Source: Lama guanicoe | Taxonomy: Eukaryota | Assembly: GCA_013239625.1 (NCBI GenBank) | Contig: MU056262.1 | Span: forward strand, 8,532,134 to 8,596,133 | Direction of reading: 5' to 3' | Length of the DNA: 64,000 nt | Shown here: piece by piece, positions 12,395 through 48,272 of the stretch | Position numbering within the stretch: the first letter of the stretch is position 1 | Layout of the letters: every line of letters starts with the position of its first letter | Made by a program: the position numbers and the translations under genes | The notes under the pieces: model-generated | Databases searched by the model: none | Seen by the model: the letters and a program-made list of their open reading frames with translations, nothing else | What the model was told of the DNA's origin: nothing

Positions 12395-12815
12395 TGTTGA
12401 CAAAAAAAAAATTAGTCAATCTAAGAAAGAGATAGAAAATTTTATTTGAGACAAATTGAGGATTATAACCCAGGAACCAGCTCTCAGAAAGCTCTGAGAA
12501 CTGTTCCACCCATTACAGGTCAAAGCACAATTATATAAGTTTTGAGACAGAAGGCTGTACATTAAATGATGTATTATTGACAGTTCGCACAATCCAGAAT
12601 CGTACATGGCAGGCAGTGGGTCAGCATAGCCCCTTACAGGACAAAGGAAGGTTATCTCAAGGAGTTGTGACCCTTGATAAAATTAAAAAGGATGTTATCT
12701 CCTAAGGAGATCTGGTTAATACTGATGCACAAGACACACTAAGGGGAGGGATGAGGCCTAAATTTTATGCTTAAATTTTTTTCATTTTGCCATAAAATAC
12801 TAATTTTATTCATCA
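12395..12815 (-). mobile_element. ERV1-class solo LTR (MER41-like)
   Basis: Starts TGTTGACA (reverse of an LTR ...TGTCAACA 3' end), then TTTTATT (reverse AATAAA) and TTATATAA (TATA) in LTR order; start resembles the reverse strand of MER41-family LTRs. Right boundary uncertain; no clean TSD. Confidence 0.6.
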
Positions 12816-14039
12816 CGTTATCCATAGTGTGTGGCTTTCTTTTCCTCCTTCTTTGCTTACACCCCCACCCGGGCTGCCCTCCCCTCCTTGGTTTACCAGA
12901 AATAAGTCCCTCCAAGTGTTTTTTAAATAGAAGAATCATTCCTAGTCTGGTTGGATTTGAGTTCAATTTAGACATTTCAAATTGACTAAGATTACTCTTC
13001 ACCAACATAAGGAGGCTTTTTTCATGTCTCCTTCCTACACTACCTAGGCCAGCTGTCCAACTAACCTTCCCTAACATCTTTAACACTTGCCCACCATGGT
13101 AAGAGGTAAATGTCTCCCTTATCCCCAGCCTCTCCCTCCTCCCCATATTAGGTATAACTGACAATTTTTTGTTTATCTTTCAAGAAATGTTCTCCCTTTT
13201 TTGGTGTGACCAATGTTTCTTTTATTTCTGTTTTTACAGGGGAAAAAATGGGTCATACTATACAATTTTGCACCTGGCTTTTTTCTCTTAGAGCCCCTTC
13301 CACATCAGCATATAAGGATATACTTTTTTTTAAAACGAATCCTATTATATATATATCCTATCATTATATATCTCTATACATATATCAGGGTTTAGTTAGC
13401 CACTTCCCTACTGATCAATGACTTAGTTCTATTGTTTTGGCATAGGGTGCTGCAAATGGACATCCTTCTCCATGTTTGTTTTAATGCCAGTAGTAGTGAC
13501 TTCAAGCTTTGATAGAGCCTCCCATGTTACACTCCTACAAGCCAGTTTAAAAATTTAGCATGTCACTGTCTTCCCTGCTACAAGTCTTCTTCCAGGGGCA
13601 ATGTCATGGAAAGAATTTGAGTTCTCCTGCCTAGGACCACGAGGCCTTTAGCCTCTTTGGGCCTCATTCTCTTTTCACCTGTAAAGTGAAGTATAACCAG
13701 TTTAACATCTCAGGGTGGTGTGAGAGTCCAGATGCTGCATCCATGAAGGGTTGGCTCCAGGAGAAGTCTGGTTGCCTTTCAGTTTTAGAGTATCCCAGGG
13801 CACTGGCCAAAAGCTCAAGCTGAATAGTCTAGAGGATTCCCTACTCCAGACTTGTAACTGAGGAAATGAGACACAAAGAGCACCAGAGGTTTGGTCAAAA
13901 CCACACAGCGTTGGCAGTAAAGCTGGCTCTGGCTGAGACTGAGCTGCTGCCAGCGGCCCCCGGATTCCAGCCCCCGGGGCTGCGCCAGACTCAAAATAGT
14001 CGGCCAGGAGGTCGACTCCTGGAGGTTAGCTTCTCCCCT

Positions 14040-38484
<24,445 letters not shown>

Positions 38485-39400
38485 GGACATCACCACCCAT
38501 GTCCCTCTGCCCCACGGAATTGTGCTTCACATCTTGTCCAGTGGGCCTCCCTGTGCTACCCTGTGGGTTTTCTCAGACACCTTACCAGTATGGAAGGGCT
38601 GTTGTGATGTTCTGAGGTGGGGCTCAGGCTGGATGTTATGCCATGGGGTGAGAGAGCCAGATATTCCTCTGTCTGTTCTCAGCCTGCTGGTGCCAACAGG
38701 GGACGCAGACTGCAGAGAGAAGCACAAACTGAGCCTTGATACCTGGACCCAGGAGCTCTCTACTAATGTAAGGAGGCAGGGTTCTGTCTCCCCTGTCCCA
38801 TACACATTGGGAAAACTTGGGGCTCTTTCTGTGGCTGAGGACACAGGAACCCAGGACGAGGACAAGGTCCTGCCTTTGGCCCAACATTGCCACATTACCC
38901 TTAAGGCAAGCAGGTAGCATGTCCACAGTACTTGGTTGCGACTTTTGCACTACATCCACTTTAGTTACTTGATGAGCTGGCTGTGCCCAAGGTGGCCCAC
39001 CTGCCCTTCCCTGTTCCTTTCTTGCATGCGCTCTCTGCCAGGCCCAGTAGGCACACCCAGGTGGTTGAAACAACTTTCTACCATTGAGTTATGTGCCCAG
39101 ACCTGGTTCCCACCCCTCTTGGAGCAAGCCTTCAGGGTTGCCTGTGCCCCTACTCTGCCCAACCTGGCTGGCGGGGCTGCATGTTTCCAACTTGTCTGCC
39201 TTTTTTATTTAATGCCAAAGTTTTAGCCAAAGACATCTTCCTCCTTTTGTTGTGTTTCAGCATTCTGTTCTGCACTATGGGCTTGGCTTCGCTGTCCCAA
39301 GCCAGGGCAGTGTCTCCTGGCCAGGCCCATTCATGGCTCAAGGCCTCTGGGGCTCAAGGAGGGCTGGCTGCTCAGTCTCTTCATGGGACTTACTAAGGAA

Positions 39401-39618
39401 NNNNNNNNNNNNNNNNNNNNNNNNNNNNNNNNNNNNNNNNNNNNNNNNNNNNNNNNNNNNNNNNNNNNNNNNNNNNNNNNNNNNNNNNNNNNNNNNNNNN
39501 NNNNNNNNNNNNNNNNNNNNNNNNNNNNNNNNNNNNNNNNNNNNNNNNNNNNNNNNNNNNNNNNNNNNNNNNNNNNNNNNNNNNNNNNNNNNNNNNNNNN
39601 NNNNNNNNNNNNNNNNNN
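39401..39618. other. Assembly gap (218 N)
   Basis: N run in the PHAF1 3' UTR. Confidence 0.99.
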
Positions 39619-39816
39619 CGGGCTCCTTTGTGGTTCCTGGGCATATAGCCAGGCTTGTGTGGCATTCCCATGACTTTGTGACTGATTAGTGTCTTCCCAT
39701 GTGGACTGTGGCCTGGCCAGAGACACCCTGCACATCCCACTGTGTGGCAGCCAGGACTGTTCCCATCCTCGTAGAATGGGGGAACCTTCCTCATGCCCTG
39801 CCCACACCCCTCCTCC

Positions 39817-39822
39817 AATAAA
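39817..39822 (+). terminator. PHAF1: PHAF1 poly(A) signal
   Basis: First visible AATAAA downstream of the PHAF1 stop (~1.3 kb), followed by a GU-rich element (TGCTGTTGCTGGGGTGTTTGT). Confidence 0.7.
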
Positions 39823-40743
39823 GACCTATGCCCTCAGCAATATGCTGTTGCTGGGGTGTTTGTACTAAAATAAGCATGGAGGCATTTTTTGGGGGGGGGA
39901 TGAAAAAGGGGGTGGTTGAAGAATATGGGGAAATTTATAGTGAAGTCATCTTAGGAAAAGAGGTTCCTTGGCTCCTCTGAAGGGGGCAGCATGGCCTCCA
40001 GTAGGAGACTCTGTTTGGGGGTTGTAGGTTCTTTTTCAGTGGGTAGCTGGAGGTGGTGAAAGACTTTAGGTAGGACAATGCCCTCAGTCCCTGTGTGTCT
40101 CCATCCCTGGTGCTCCATCCAGTCCAGGGCTCAGGAGTTGGCCCCAGGAAAGCAGACAGTAGGAGAACTAAAGACCTGGACAGGGTTAAGAATCCACTTT
40201 GAAGGGACAGGTAGGAAGCAAAACACCTACTTTCAGATTGAGTTATGGGAGAATGCCTGCCAGTCCCATGAGGACTGAGGTCAGGTCCCTACCCCTGCCC
40301 CTCCCTGTGGGGCCATCCTTGAGAAAGACCTGCATTTGTCTGCCCTAAGAATTCCAAGCCAAGGAGTATGGTCAGATTCCATGAGCCTCTGCCACTCCCA
40401 CCACACACACATCCCTACTAGGAGCACCAAACTTGTTTACCCGCTTGGCAAAGAGTCTGATGGTGCACCACCTCATCCCTGCCCATCTCAAGAGCCACCA
40501 TTTGATTGGTTCCAGATCACCTCCCATTAGGGTAGGTCAGCAGGAGCCAAGCTCAATCTTCAATCCCTGAGACCCTGAGGAGGCAGACTCCTGGTGATAA
40601 TGGGGCTGGATCCTGAACTCACGCCCTTTTCTGCGGAAGAACCATACACACCGCAGTAATCCGCCCTGGGAAACCTACCATTAAAACCACCTCCCACTAC
40701 ATCCTGGGTCTGAATGAGGGGAGCTGGGTGCTGTGATAAGTGG

Positions 40744-41952
40744 CTAGGGGCCCCACTGGAAAGGGCCAGTAGCGACAGGCCATGGATGCGCACAGGCTGG
40801 CCCACGCGGCCCGTGCAGCAGGTGCCACATAAGCCAGATGTCAGCAGCGGAGAGCCCGTGCACTACAAGAAGCTCGCGGTAAAAGCAGGGGTCAAAGGTG
40901 CGTAAGTGCGGCGCGGCTGAAGGCCGAGGGATACCAAAGGTGCGGAAAGCAGGGTGCGGCTCAGGTGTGAGACGCAGGCGCTGTAGACACATGCCCAGAA
41001 AGACGTCGTCGATGGGGAAGAGCTCAACCTGCGCGCAGGCGCCAGCCAGGCGGCGCAGTGTGGCCCCTGAGAGCACGAAGCCACCGCCGCCTGCATAGGC
41101 TGGGTAGGCGGGCAAGCCGTACACAGCCTCGGGAATGTAGTACTTGCTAGCCCGCACCCGGATTGGCCGTGCCTGCACAATCACGTCACCCGCAAGCAGG
41201 TCCTGCGCCGGGTCCCGCGGCGCCAAGAACTCCAGCAGGTTTCCCACATGCACGAACACGTCGGCGTCGCCTTTAAAAACGAAGCGCACGTCGGGGCAAT
41301 AGGCGGAGGCCCAGGCCAGGAAGTGGATCTCCTTGAGCGTCAAGTTGAAAAAAGTGTCGTCGAAGGCCCAGAGTAGGATGTCTGCGTACGCTCGACTCTC
41401 AGCACGCAGCAGAGCGCTCCAGTGCGTTTGCGTGCCCGCCCCTTCCGCGTCTGCCCCGTCCGTGCCTGCGCCCCTGGGCACGCCCAGCAGGAACACCCGG
41501 CGCACAAGCGCCCCCTGCACGCGACCTTCAGCACCCCACGTCTGACGCACGGCTTGGCGCCGCTCGAAGTCCGCCGCCACCGACTTAACGGCGATGAGCA
41601 GGTCAGGTCCGCCGGCAGATGCGTCATTTCCTCGGCACTTCTGCGGCTGGTTAATGAGCAGAGGGAAGCGCCGCTGGTCCTTGGCGCGCAGATAGCGACC
41701 AAAGTCAAAGGGTCCCGTGGGCGTGGGCGGCTGCGGCGTGTCCTCTTCGTAGGCCGGCGGGGCTGCACCCGCGTCGGGTGCCGGGAATACACGGAGCCCC
41801 GCGGTGGGCTGCAGCGCCGCCCCCTCTTGAGCTCGCGGCGCGCTTGTCGTCGGGGCCGCGCCATCGCGCTGCGCGTAGAGGAGGAGGCCGAGGGCGGCGC
41901 CGAGAAGCAGCGTGAGCGACGCTTCTCTGCGTAGGCGCAGCCTCCGCCTCAT
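40744..41952 (-). CDS. B3GNT9: UDP-GlcNAc:betaGal beta-1,3-N-acetylglucosaminyltransferase 9 (GT31), single coding exon, 402 aa
   Basis: ATG at 41952 ([27 protein letters not shown], type II signal anchor); GT31 motifs [33 protein letters not shown] (DxD), [19 protein letters not shown] 3' splice acceptor (TTCTCTCTCCCCAG on -) lies 20 nt upstream of the ATG, so the ORF track's extra 13 residues are not a real N-terminus. Confidence 0.95.
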   Translation of the reverse strand: MRRRLRLRREASLTLLLGAALGLLLYAQRDGAAPTTSAPRAQEGAALQPTAGLRVFPAPDAGAAPPAYEEDTPQPPTPTGPFDFGRYLRAKDQRRFPLLINQPQKCRGNDASAGGPDLLIAVKSVAADFERRQAVRQTWGAEGRVQGALVRRVFLLGVPRGAGTDGADAEGAGTQTHWSALLRAESRAYADILLWAFDDTFFNLTLKEIHFLAWASAYCPDVRFVFKGDADVFVHVGNLLEFLAPRDPAQDLLAGDVIVQARPIRVRASKYYIPEAVYGLPAYPAYAGGGGFVLSGATLRRLAGACAQVELFPIDDVFLGMCLQRLRLTPEPHPAFRTFGIPRPSAAPHLRTFDPCFYRELLVVHGLSAADIWLMWHLLHGPRGPACAHPWPVATGPFQWGP

Positions 41953-43619
41953 GTCCGCGTGGCCCGCGCCCCCTGGGGAGAGAGAACTCAATCAGGGTAT
42001 CAGACTGGGAACCTAGCAGCCCCCAGGGTTTCCTACCCAGCCCTCCCCAAGGGGAGGGGGCAGGAGGCCACACTCCGGGGTCTCCAGCTACCAGCCGTTC
42101 ATCCCCCTCCAGTGTCCTCCTACTTTGGGCCCTGACCACCCCCCACCGGGATGGGCACCCTGAAAGGGAAAGAAGTTCCTCCTAGTAGCTGACTCCCACC
42201 CCTGAGCTCCGGCCCAGGACGGTGCCCCAAGGCCGGGACAAGGACACGCAGAGCCTCGGCCCCACCCCCTTCCCGCGCTGAGGCCCAATCCATTTTACCC
42301 ATCCCTACCCACCACGGTCGTCCTTGGAATCTTGACACACCTTTGACCTTTGGGAGCGGCGCAGCCCCGGATGCCAGGGCCTCCGGGGCTCAGCGTAGGG
42401 TCCCAAGGGCGGCCATGGACGGGGCCTGGGCCAAATGCAACGTTGGCAGGAAGGGGGGGCCCGGGGCCGCTGCCACGTGACCCAACAGCTGTGCGCGCCC
42501 GGACATCTGGAGCTCAGCTCCGCCCTGGCGCCGCCGCTGTGAGCCCTGTCTCCGAGTGGGAACTAATTTCTGAGAGGGATCCTCACTGGCAGCTCTCTCT
42601 GGGAAGGCTCGAAGAGGTGGATTCTGGTGTCTGTGCAGGCTCAAATTCCCCAAATCTGCCTTTCCAGGAGACAGGAAGAAGCATTAGCCCCTCTGGTTAG
42701 TTTCCCCATCCCTGTCTCTCCAGTGTGGGTCAGGGCCTGGGTTGGCAGGAGCACCAGGGCAGGCGGGTCCCAAATCCCTGGAGCCCAGCAACTTTGGCAA
42801 ACACCTGGCCCCTCCCAACCCATCCTAGGAGGCGCCTCTCCTTGGCGTACCAGGAGCCCTGGTTCTGGAAGACAGGGTCCAAAAAATGCTCCAGATACAT
42901 GGCTGCCTCCTTACTCTTGGTTCTGCCATGCCTGCCGGCAAACACACCACACACACAAGAACCAACAAGACGCTCGTTCAGTTCTCACAACCCTGGCAGC
43001 AGCTCTCATTGATCATGCCCAGATAGGGTTGCTGCCCTTCAGGGAGGTAAGTGACTTGCCCAGGATCATACAGGCAGAAGGTAAGAGCACGGCTTCAGGT
43101 CTTCCAGAATTCAGTCCAGGACTTTTTCCTATGTCCTCCCTTGCCTCTCTCCCTCATCCACTGGGATACAGGACAGGGGGATGACCTTGTCTGCTTTAAC
43201 TTCACAAGTGAGCACTTCAGTCTGTCTCCCTAGAGACAGTCCCCTGGTCCCTAGTGTCCAGGCCAGTGTAGCCTCCTGCAGGTAGAAATAGCCAAGCTTG
43301 GGCCCCCTGCAGGTCCGGTAGGGCTGGCAGGGATTGGTTCAGCTTGGGGGACTCCTGAAGTAGGCTAGCAAGCAAAGGGTTTGTTTGATCTGGACCCAGG
43401 CAGGCAGAGAGGTGCTCTGGAGATTGAGGGCTCAGGCCTTGCCTAGCTCTGCTGCCACCTTTCACTTCCTGGAACTCAGAGCCTCCAGATCCCAGCTCAT
43501 GCAATGGGTCTTGGAGTAGACAACCTCCACCCCTTACCCCACCTGGGAGCTTCTGAGGGCAGGCTGTGCGAACCAGCACTGCTACCCAGCACCGCTACCC
43601 AGCACCATCCTCTTTCCAG

Positions 43620-44850
43620 TGGCTATGACTGCTGCTTCTGACTTCCTACCAGTGTTCTCCCTTAAAAAACAAATCCTGTATCCTGAGCCTCATTCTCCTG
43701 TTCACAGAATTCTCAGGAGCCCTCTGCTCTGGCTTTCTCTACTGCCTCACCTCCCATCCCTCTTATGGTCTGGCTTCAGGCTGTCCCCACCGTGTCCCAG
43801 AAACAGCCTCCACCTAGTAACATTTTCCCTGACTCCAGTGGATACTCAGCCTTGACAGGTTTGCAGCCTCCATCACAGCAGGTGGGTATTTCCCTGGCTT
43901 CCAAACCTTCTGGTTTTCCTCCTTCCTCTTTGGGTTGCTCTTTTTCTGGTTGGTGTCCTTCAGGACCTACCCCCTGGCCACCTCACCCACTCCTACCTGT
44001 CCATTTGTGAATCCTTAGCTTTGTCCCTTTCCTGAACTCAAAACTATAGATCCAGCTATGCGCAGACTCCCTCCCTGGATATTCTACAGGAACATCATGC
44101 CCAACTTGTCCCAAACAAAGCAAGCACTGCACCTCCACCAGAGCCCCTAACTCAGCAGGCAGCTCTGCTCTCCATCCAGCTGGCAAAGACAGAAACTCTG
44201 GGGTCCTCTCCCACCTCCCTTCTCATTCAGTGTCACCAGGCCTGTTATCCTTTCTCCTCAACAGCTCTCAGTGTTCATCCCTTCCCTCCATCTCTGCTGC
44301 CAACAGCTCAGCCTGGACTGCTGTCCTCTCTCTCTCTGCGTCCTCACCAGCCTCCCAGCCTTAACTGCCAAAACCCTTTAAAGGCTTCTCACTGGCCCCC
44401 AGATAAAATCCAGGCTCTGTAAAATGACTTCCAGGCCCCACACTATCTGCCTCCCTCACTCACCAGTGGGTCTCTCTGCAAATCCACCCACCTCTAGATC
44501 CAGCCATTCTAGATGATTTGTTTTTCTAACACGCCTCCCTCTCATGTTTCTTAAGACCTCATCTGAGGCTGCCCATGCTCTTCTCTCAACCCTCCTACCC
44601 ACCATTCACACCTATTTTTCTCCCAGGAAACCTGACTCCTAACCTGGGTTAGGCTCCTGCTTAGTCACTCCCACAACTCCTTGTATTTTTCACATCAAAA
44701 AACGGGTGGTATTTTATTACTGTTGCTTAATATTTGGAGTCTCACAATGAGTGTGAGCTGGGCGTGGGCAGGATTCGTGTACCACAGTATTTGCAGCACC
44801 CAAGATGATGCCTAGAATACAGCAGTTTCTTAATGAGTGAAGGTTCAATG
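43620..44850 (+). mobile_element. Long degraded L2 LINE segment between B3GNT9 and TRADD
   Basis: Pyrimidine-rich L2-like motifs (CCTGAACTC..TAGATCCAGCT..CTCCCTGGATATTC, AAAACCCTTTAAAGGCTTCTCACTG..AGATAAAATCCAGGCTC); its 3' end overlaps the TRADD 3' UTR end in antisense. Boundaries approximate. Confidence 0.55.
44713..44718 (-). terminator. TRADD: TRADD poly(A) signal
   Basis: TTTATT on + (AATAAA on -), ~500 nt downstream of the TRADD stop. Confidence 0.65.
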
Positions 44851-45211
44851 AGTGAAGAGGTAAGGTCTGACTGGAAGCCCCTCTTCTGGGGTGGGAGCGG
44901 GTGAGGCCAACCTCTGCAGCAGGTCACCCATACACTTTGTCTCTATCAAAGTCTCCAGAGCAGAACCCCCAGTGACGCCCCAGCAGGCTTGTGAGTGCTT
45001 GTCCGACTCCTGCAAAAGATAGTCAACTCCATCCAGCAGCTCCAGCAGCTCCAGCAGCTCCGCTAAGTGCGGTGGTAATTGTGGTCTCAGAGTCCCTTGG
45101 ATGAACAGAGGTCAGTCAGCAGTAGCAGCAGAAGGGACCCTATGGAGTCATCCAAGTGCTCCAAACCTTGGCTGGGCAACTGGCTCACCACCCCTTTCTC
45201 TGGTACCCAAC

Positions 45212-47267
45212 CTAGGCCAGGCCTCCATCTGGATTCGTCAGGCCCAGCAAGTCTTCCGCCAGGCTGGTGAGCTCATTCTCCTCGAGCGCCTCCACCAGGC
45301 GCTGCAGTGTGGCACGGCGCCCCTCGGCCTGCACGAAGCGCCGCAGCAGCTGGAAGGCCTGCTCGTATAGCCCTTCGCGCTCGTACTCATAAGCCAGTGA
45401 GTCAAGCGCTGGATCCCGCAGCGCGCGGCAGCCGCGCTGCAGGGAGCGCCCCACCTTGCGCCATTTGAGGCCCACTGAGCGCGCGAACATCTGTTGGTCC
45501 TGCAGGCTCAGCGGCCGGTTCACTGCAGGGGGAGTGGGAAGCGAAGTGAGTTCGGGATACCGTCCCATTCTACCCCCACCCTACGACTACCCCTTCCAGA
45601 CCTCACCCTTCCCCAGACTCCATCCTCCCGACGACCCTGCCTCTGCCTCTCTCCGGACGCCTCACCTACGGGCTGACCCTGGAACAGAAAAGTCTGGCCA
45701 GACGGCAGCGGCTTCTCCTCCGTTGGAGAGGGGGCCAGGGACTGCGAGGGGGCTGGAGCACCCTCCGTTTCGCCTCCCTGGCCCCCTGAGCCGCACGTCA
45801 GATTCCTGAGCGCGTCCTCCAACTCAGTGAGTTCCTCGTCGGGGAGCCTGTCGGGCTAGGGAGGGGAGTGCGGCGTCGGTGGGGGTCTTAGCCGCCAATC
45901 CCTGCCCTACCCCAGCCCGGCCCCAGCCCGACCGCACCTTCTGGGCGAAGATGCAGTTCAAACAACGCTCCTCATCGGTCAACAAGGTGTCCAGACGCTC
46001 CGTGCCGGCGCGCAGCTCCAGTTGCAACGGCATCGAGTGCAGGGCAAGCGCCGCCGCCAAACACCCCTGCAGCGCGGCGCGCAGCGCCCCCTCGCGGTAG
46101 GCGCGGAGGAAGCGGCCGCAGGGCTGGCGCCCGCAGAAACGCAGCTGCACAATCAGCTGCGGATCGCTGCGATGGATTTTGAGCAGCTGCAGCACGTCTG
46201 GGCTCCCGCCACTCTCTGCGGAGGCGGGCAGTCAGGTGCCAGCGGTACCCACGCGGGACCGTTCTCCAACAGATTGAAGGAGGAATGAAGCCTGAGGTCA
46301 GACGCCCTCCCCATCCCCAGACCTGTGGGCGTGGTATACCCCAGAACTCCCAGCTGGGAAGCGAAATTGGGATACAGACAGCAGCAACCCAGGATAAAGG
46401 CCAGGACCTATCACAGGGAGCACCCTAAGACGGCGTGGGTGCCACCCTAGACCCCATCCCTGAAGCCCCAAATGAGGGTGGGCAAAAGGGAAGTGGGGAG
46501 ACTTTGCAGCATAGAGAGGCACATGTGCCTTAAGGGGCTAAGACCTCTGGGTAGGTGGCTGTTAGGGCATGGGAGGGGCAGGAGGTCTCAGGTCTTCTGC
46601 CTCCTAGTTTGGTTCCCCCAGCCCCGCCCCGGAAGGAGAGGGGCTCTCTCTGCTCTGAGGCTGGAGCCAGACCCACCCCACCCGCTTCAGCCTTCTGTGG
46701 CCTCTTCCTGAGATGGGAAAAGGGGACCTGAAAGGTAGGTACTGGGGAGAGGTCTTGGACAAGGAATGCTGCAGTGAGAAAGGAAAAGAGGAGAGAGATG
46801 TGAGATTAGTAGAAAGCAGTGAACGGGCTGATCTGGGGAGTAGGGGGCATGGAGCAGAGGGACATTAGTGCATACATAAGTAGATGGTACACAGACACAG
46901 GGACACAAGTTTACATTCAAGGGCACACATGTGTAAACAAAGAAGACAGAGCCTATGCAGCCAGCCTATGTCCTACCTTTTGCAACAAATCTTTTCCCTA
47001 AAGCACTGGTTAAGTGCAGGCCCATAGAGTTGAAGTGGTGGGGTCTCAGTCCCTGGCCCCCCTCACAAAAGGCCCCAGGCCACCCATTCCTCTTCAAGTG
47101 CTGCCCACCCACGCACCTGCCAGGGCAGTCCGCAGAGCTCTGTACACTGCCACTTTCTGCTGGGGGTGAGCGTAGGCATCTGACAAGACCACCTTGTCCA
47201 GTGAAGACTCCACAAACAGGTATGCGCTGCCCACCCATTCCTCGAGCCCATTTGGCCCAGCTGCCAT
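45212..47267 (-). CDS. TRADD: TNFRSF1A-associated via death domain protein, 4 coding exons, 309 aa
   Basis: complement(join(45212..45522,45666..45855,45938..46215,47117..47267)); GT-AG junctions in phase. N-terminal TRAF2-binding domain ([32 protein letters not shown]...[18 protein letters not shown]) and C-terminal death domain ([48 protein letters not shown]). Confidence 0.96.
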
Positions 47268-47899
47268 CTTGCTTCCTGGGGACAAAGATTGGCATCCAGA
47301 TCACCCCCAACCCAGCCCTGGAGGCAACTATCCAGTCCCACATGGCCCAGCTGTCCCCACCCAGCTGGCACACTTGTGAGGGGAAGTTCATCATCCCACA
47401 GGCAGTCCCTTGTGTTTCAGGTTCTGCATAGCCCAGCCCAACCCAGCCCAGATCAACCTAGCCCAACTCAGCCACGTTTTATGGTGAGGACTATCCCTCC
47501 CCTGCACTTTCAGAGAAATAGCCCAGGGTCACAGTGGTGGGAGAGGAGAGGGACAATCTTTCAGCGGAAGCAAACAAGTTCTGCCCCCTCCTCAGGCCAC
47601 GGTGTCTCTCTTATCAAAGCTGCCTGGAAACATTCTCATCCTGATGGTGCCCATGCCCCACAGACAACCTGACCCGTATTCTGGTATGCCCTCAGCTTAA
47701 ATTTGAGCCCCCAGGATCCCTGTGGGACCACAGTCCCCCACTTAGGTTTTCTCACCTGTATTCCTACTATACTAGAGTTTCTGCCTGCCCAGGTCCCTCC
47801 CCCAATCCTGACTGACTTTTGGGGCCTTCTCGTTTTCTCAAGCATATGCCTGTTAGAAGGGTTAACTCCACTCCCTAGCTCCAGGCCTAGGCAAGTGCA

Positions 47900-48272
47900 A
47901 CAGGTCTGGCCAATCTGCATATTCCATTCACCTTCCTGAAATGATTTGTTCAGAGTTGGGCATAGGATTCAAGTTGGACCAATCAGAATCAACCTGCAAC
48001 TTTGGTTGGACCAATAGGAAAGATGAAGTTTTCCTTCCCTATCTTGAACCTGAACTAGAAGGAAGGGTAGGTCTCCTTTGCTACTGCTTGGGAAGAGCCT
48101 GACTGAGAATGAAACTGGCACAGAAGGCTACAGAGCCAAGAAATGAAGAGATGTACTCCTAACCTCACTCTCCCCCTGGCTCTACCTGCACCCTGGACTT
48201 TTCAGTTATGTGAGCTAAATTATTTCTTTTTGTTCTAAAATCCTTGGAGCTGGGCTTTTGTCTTACGCAACT
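47900..48272 (+). mobile_element. ERVL LTR relic (LTR16-like) in TRADD intron 1
   Basis: TTGGACCAATCAGAATC..CAGAGCCAAGAAATG..CCCTGGACTTTTCAGTTATGTGAGC..GAGCTGGGCTTTTGTC..GCAAC. Confidence 0.55.

Noticed and set aside
41953-41991. 13-aa N-terminal extension of B3GNT9 in the ORF track
   Set aside because: Starts at TTG inside the intron's polypyrimidine tract, upstream of the splice acceptor at 41972.
45032-45061. (TCCAGCAGC)3 in the TRADD 3' UTR; 13-mer doublet GCTACCCAGCACC near 43581-43606
   Set aside because: Ordinary slippage micro-duplications; not spacer-separated and not CRISPR-like.
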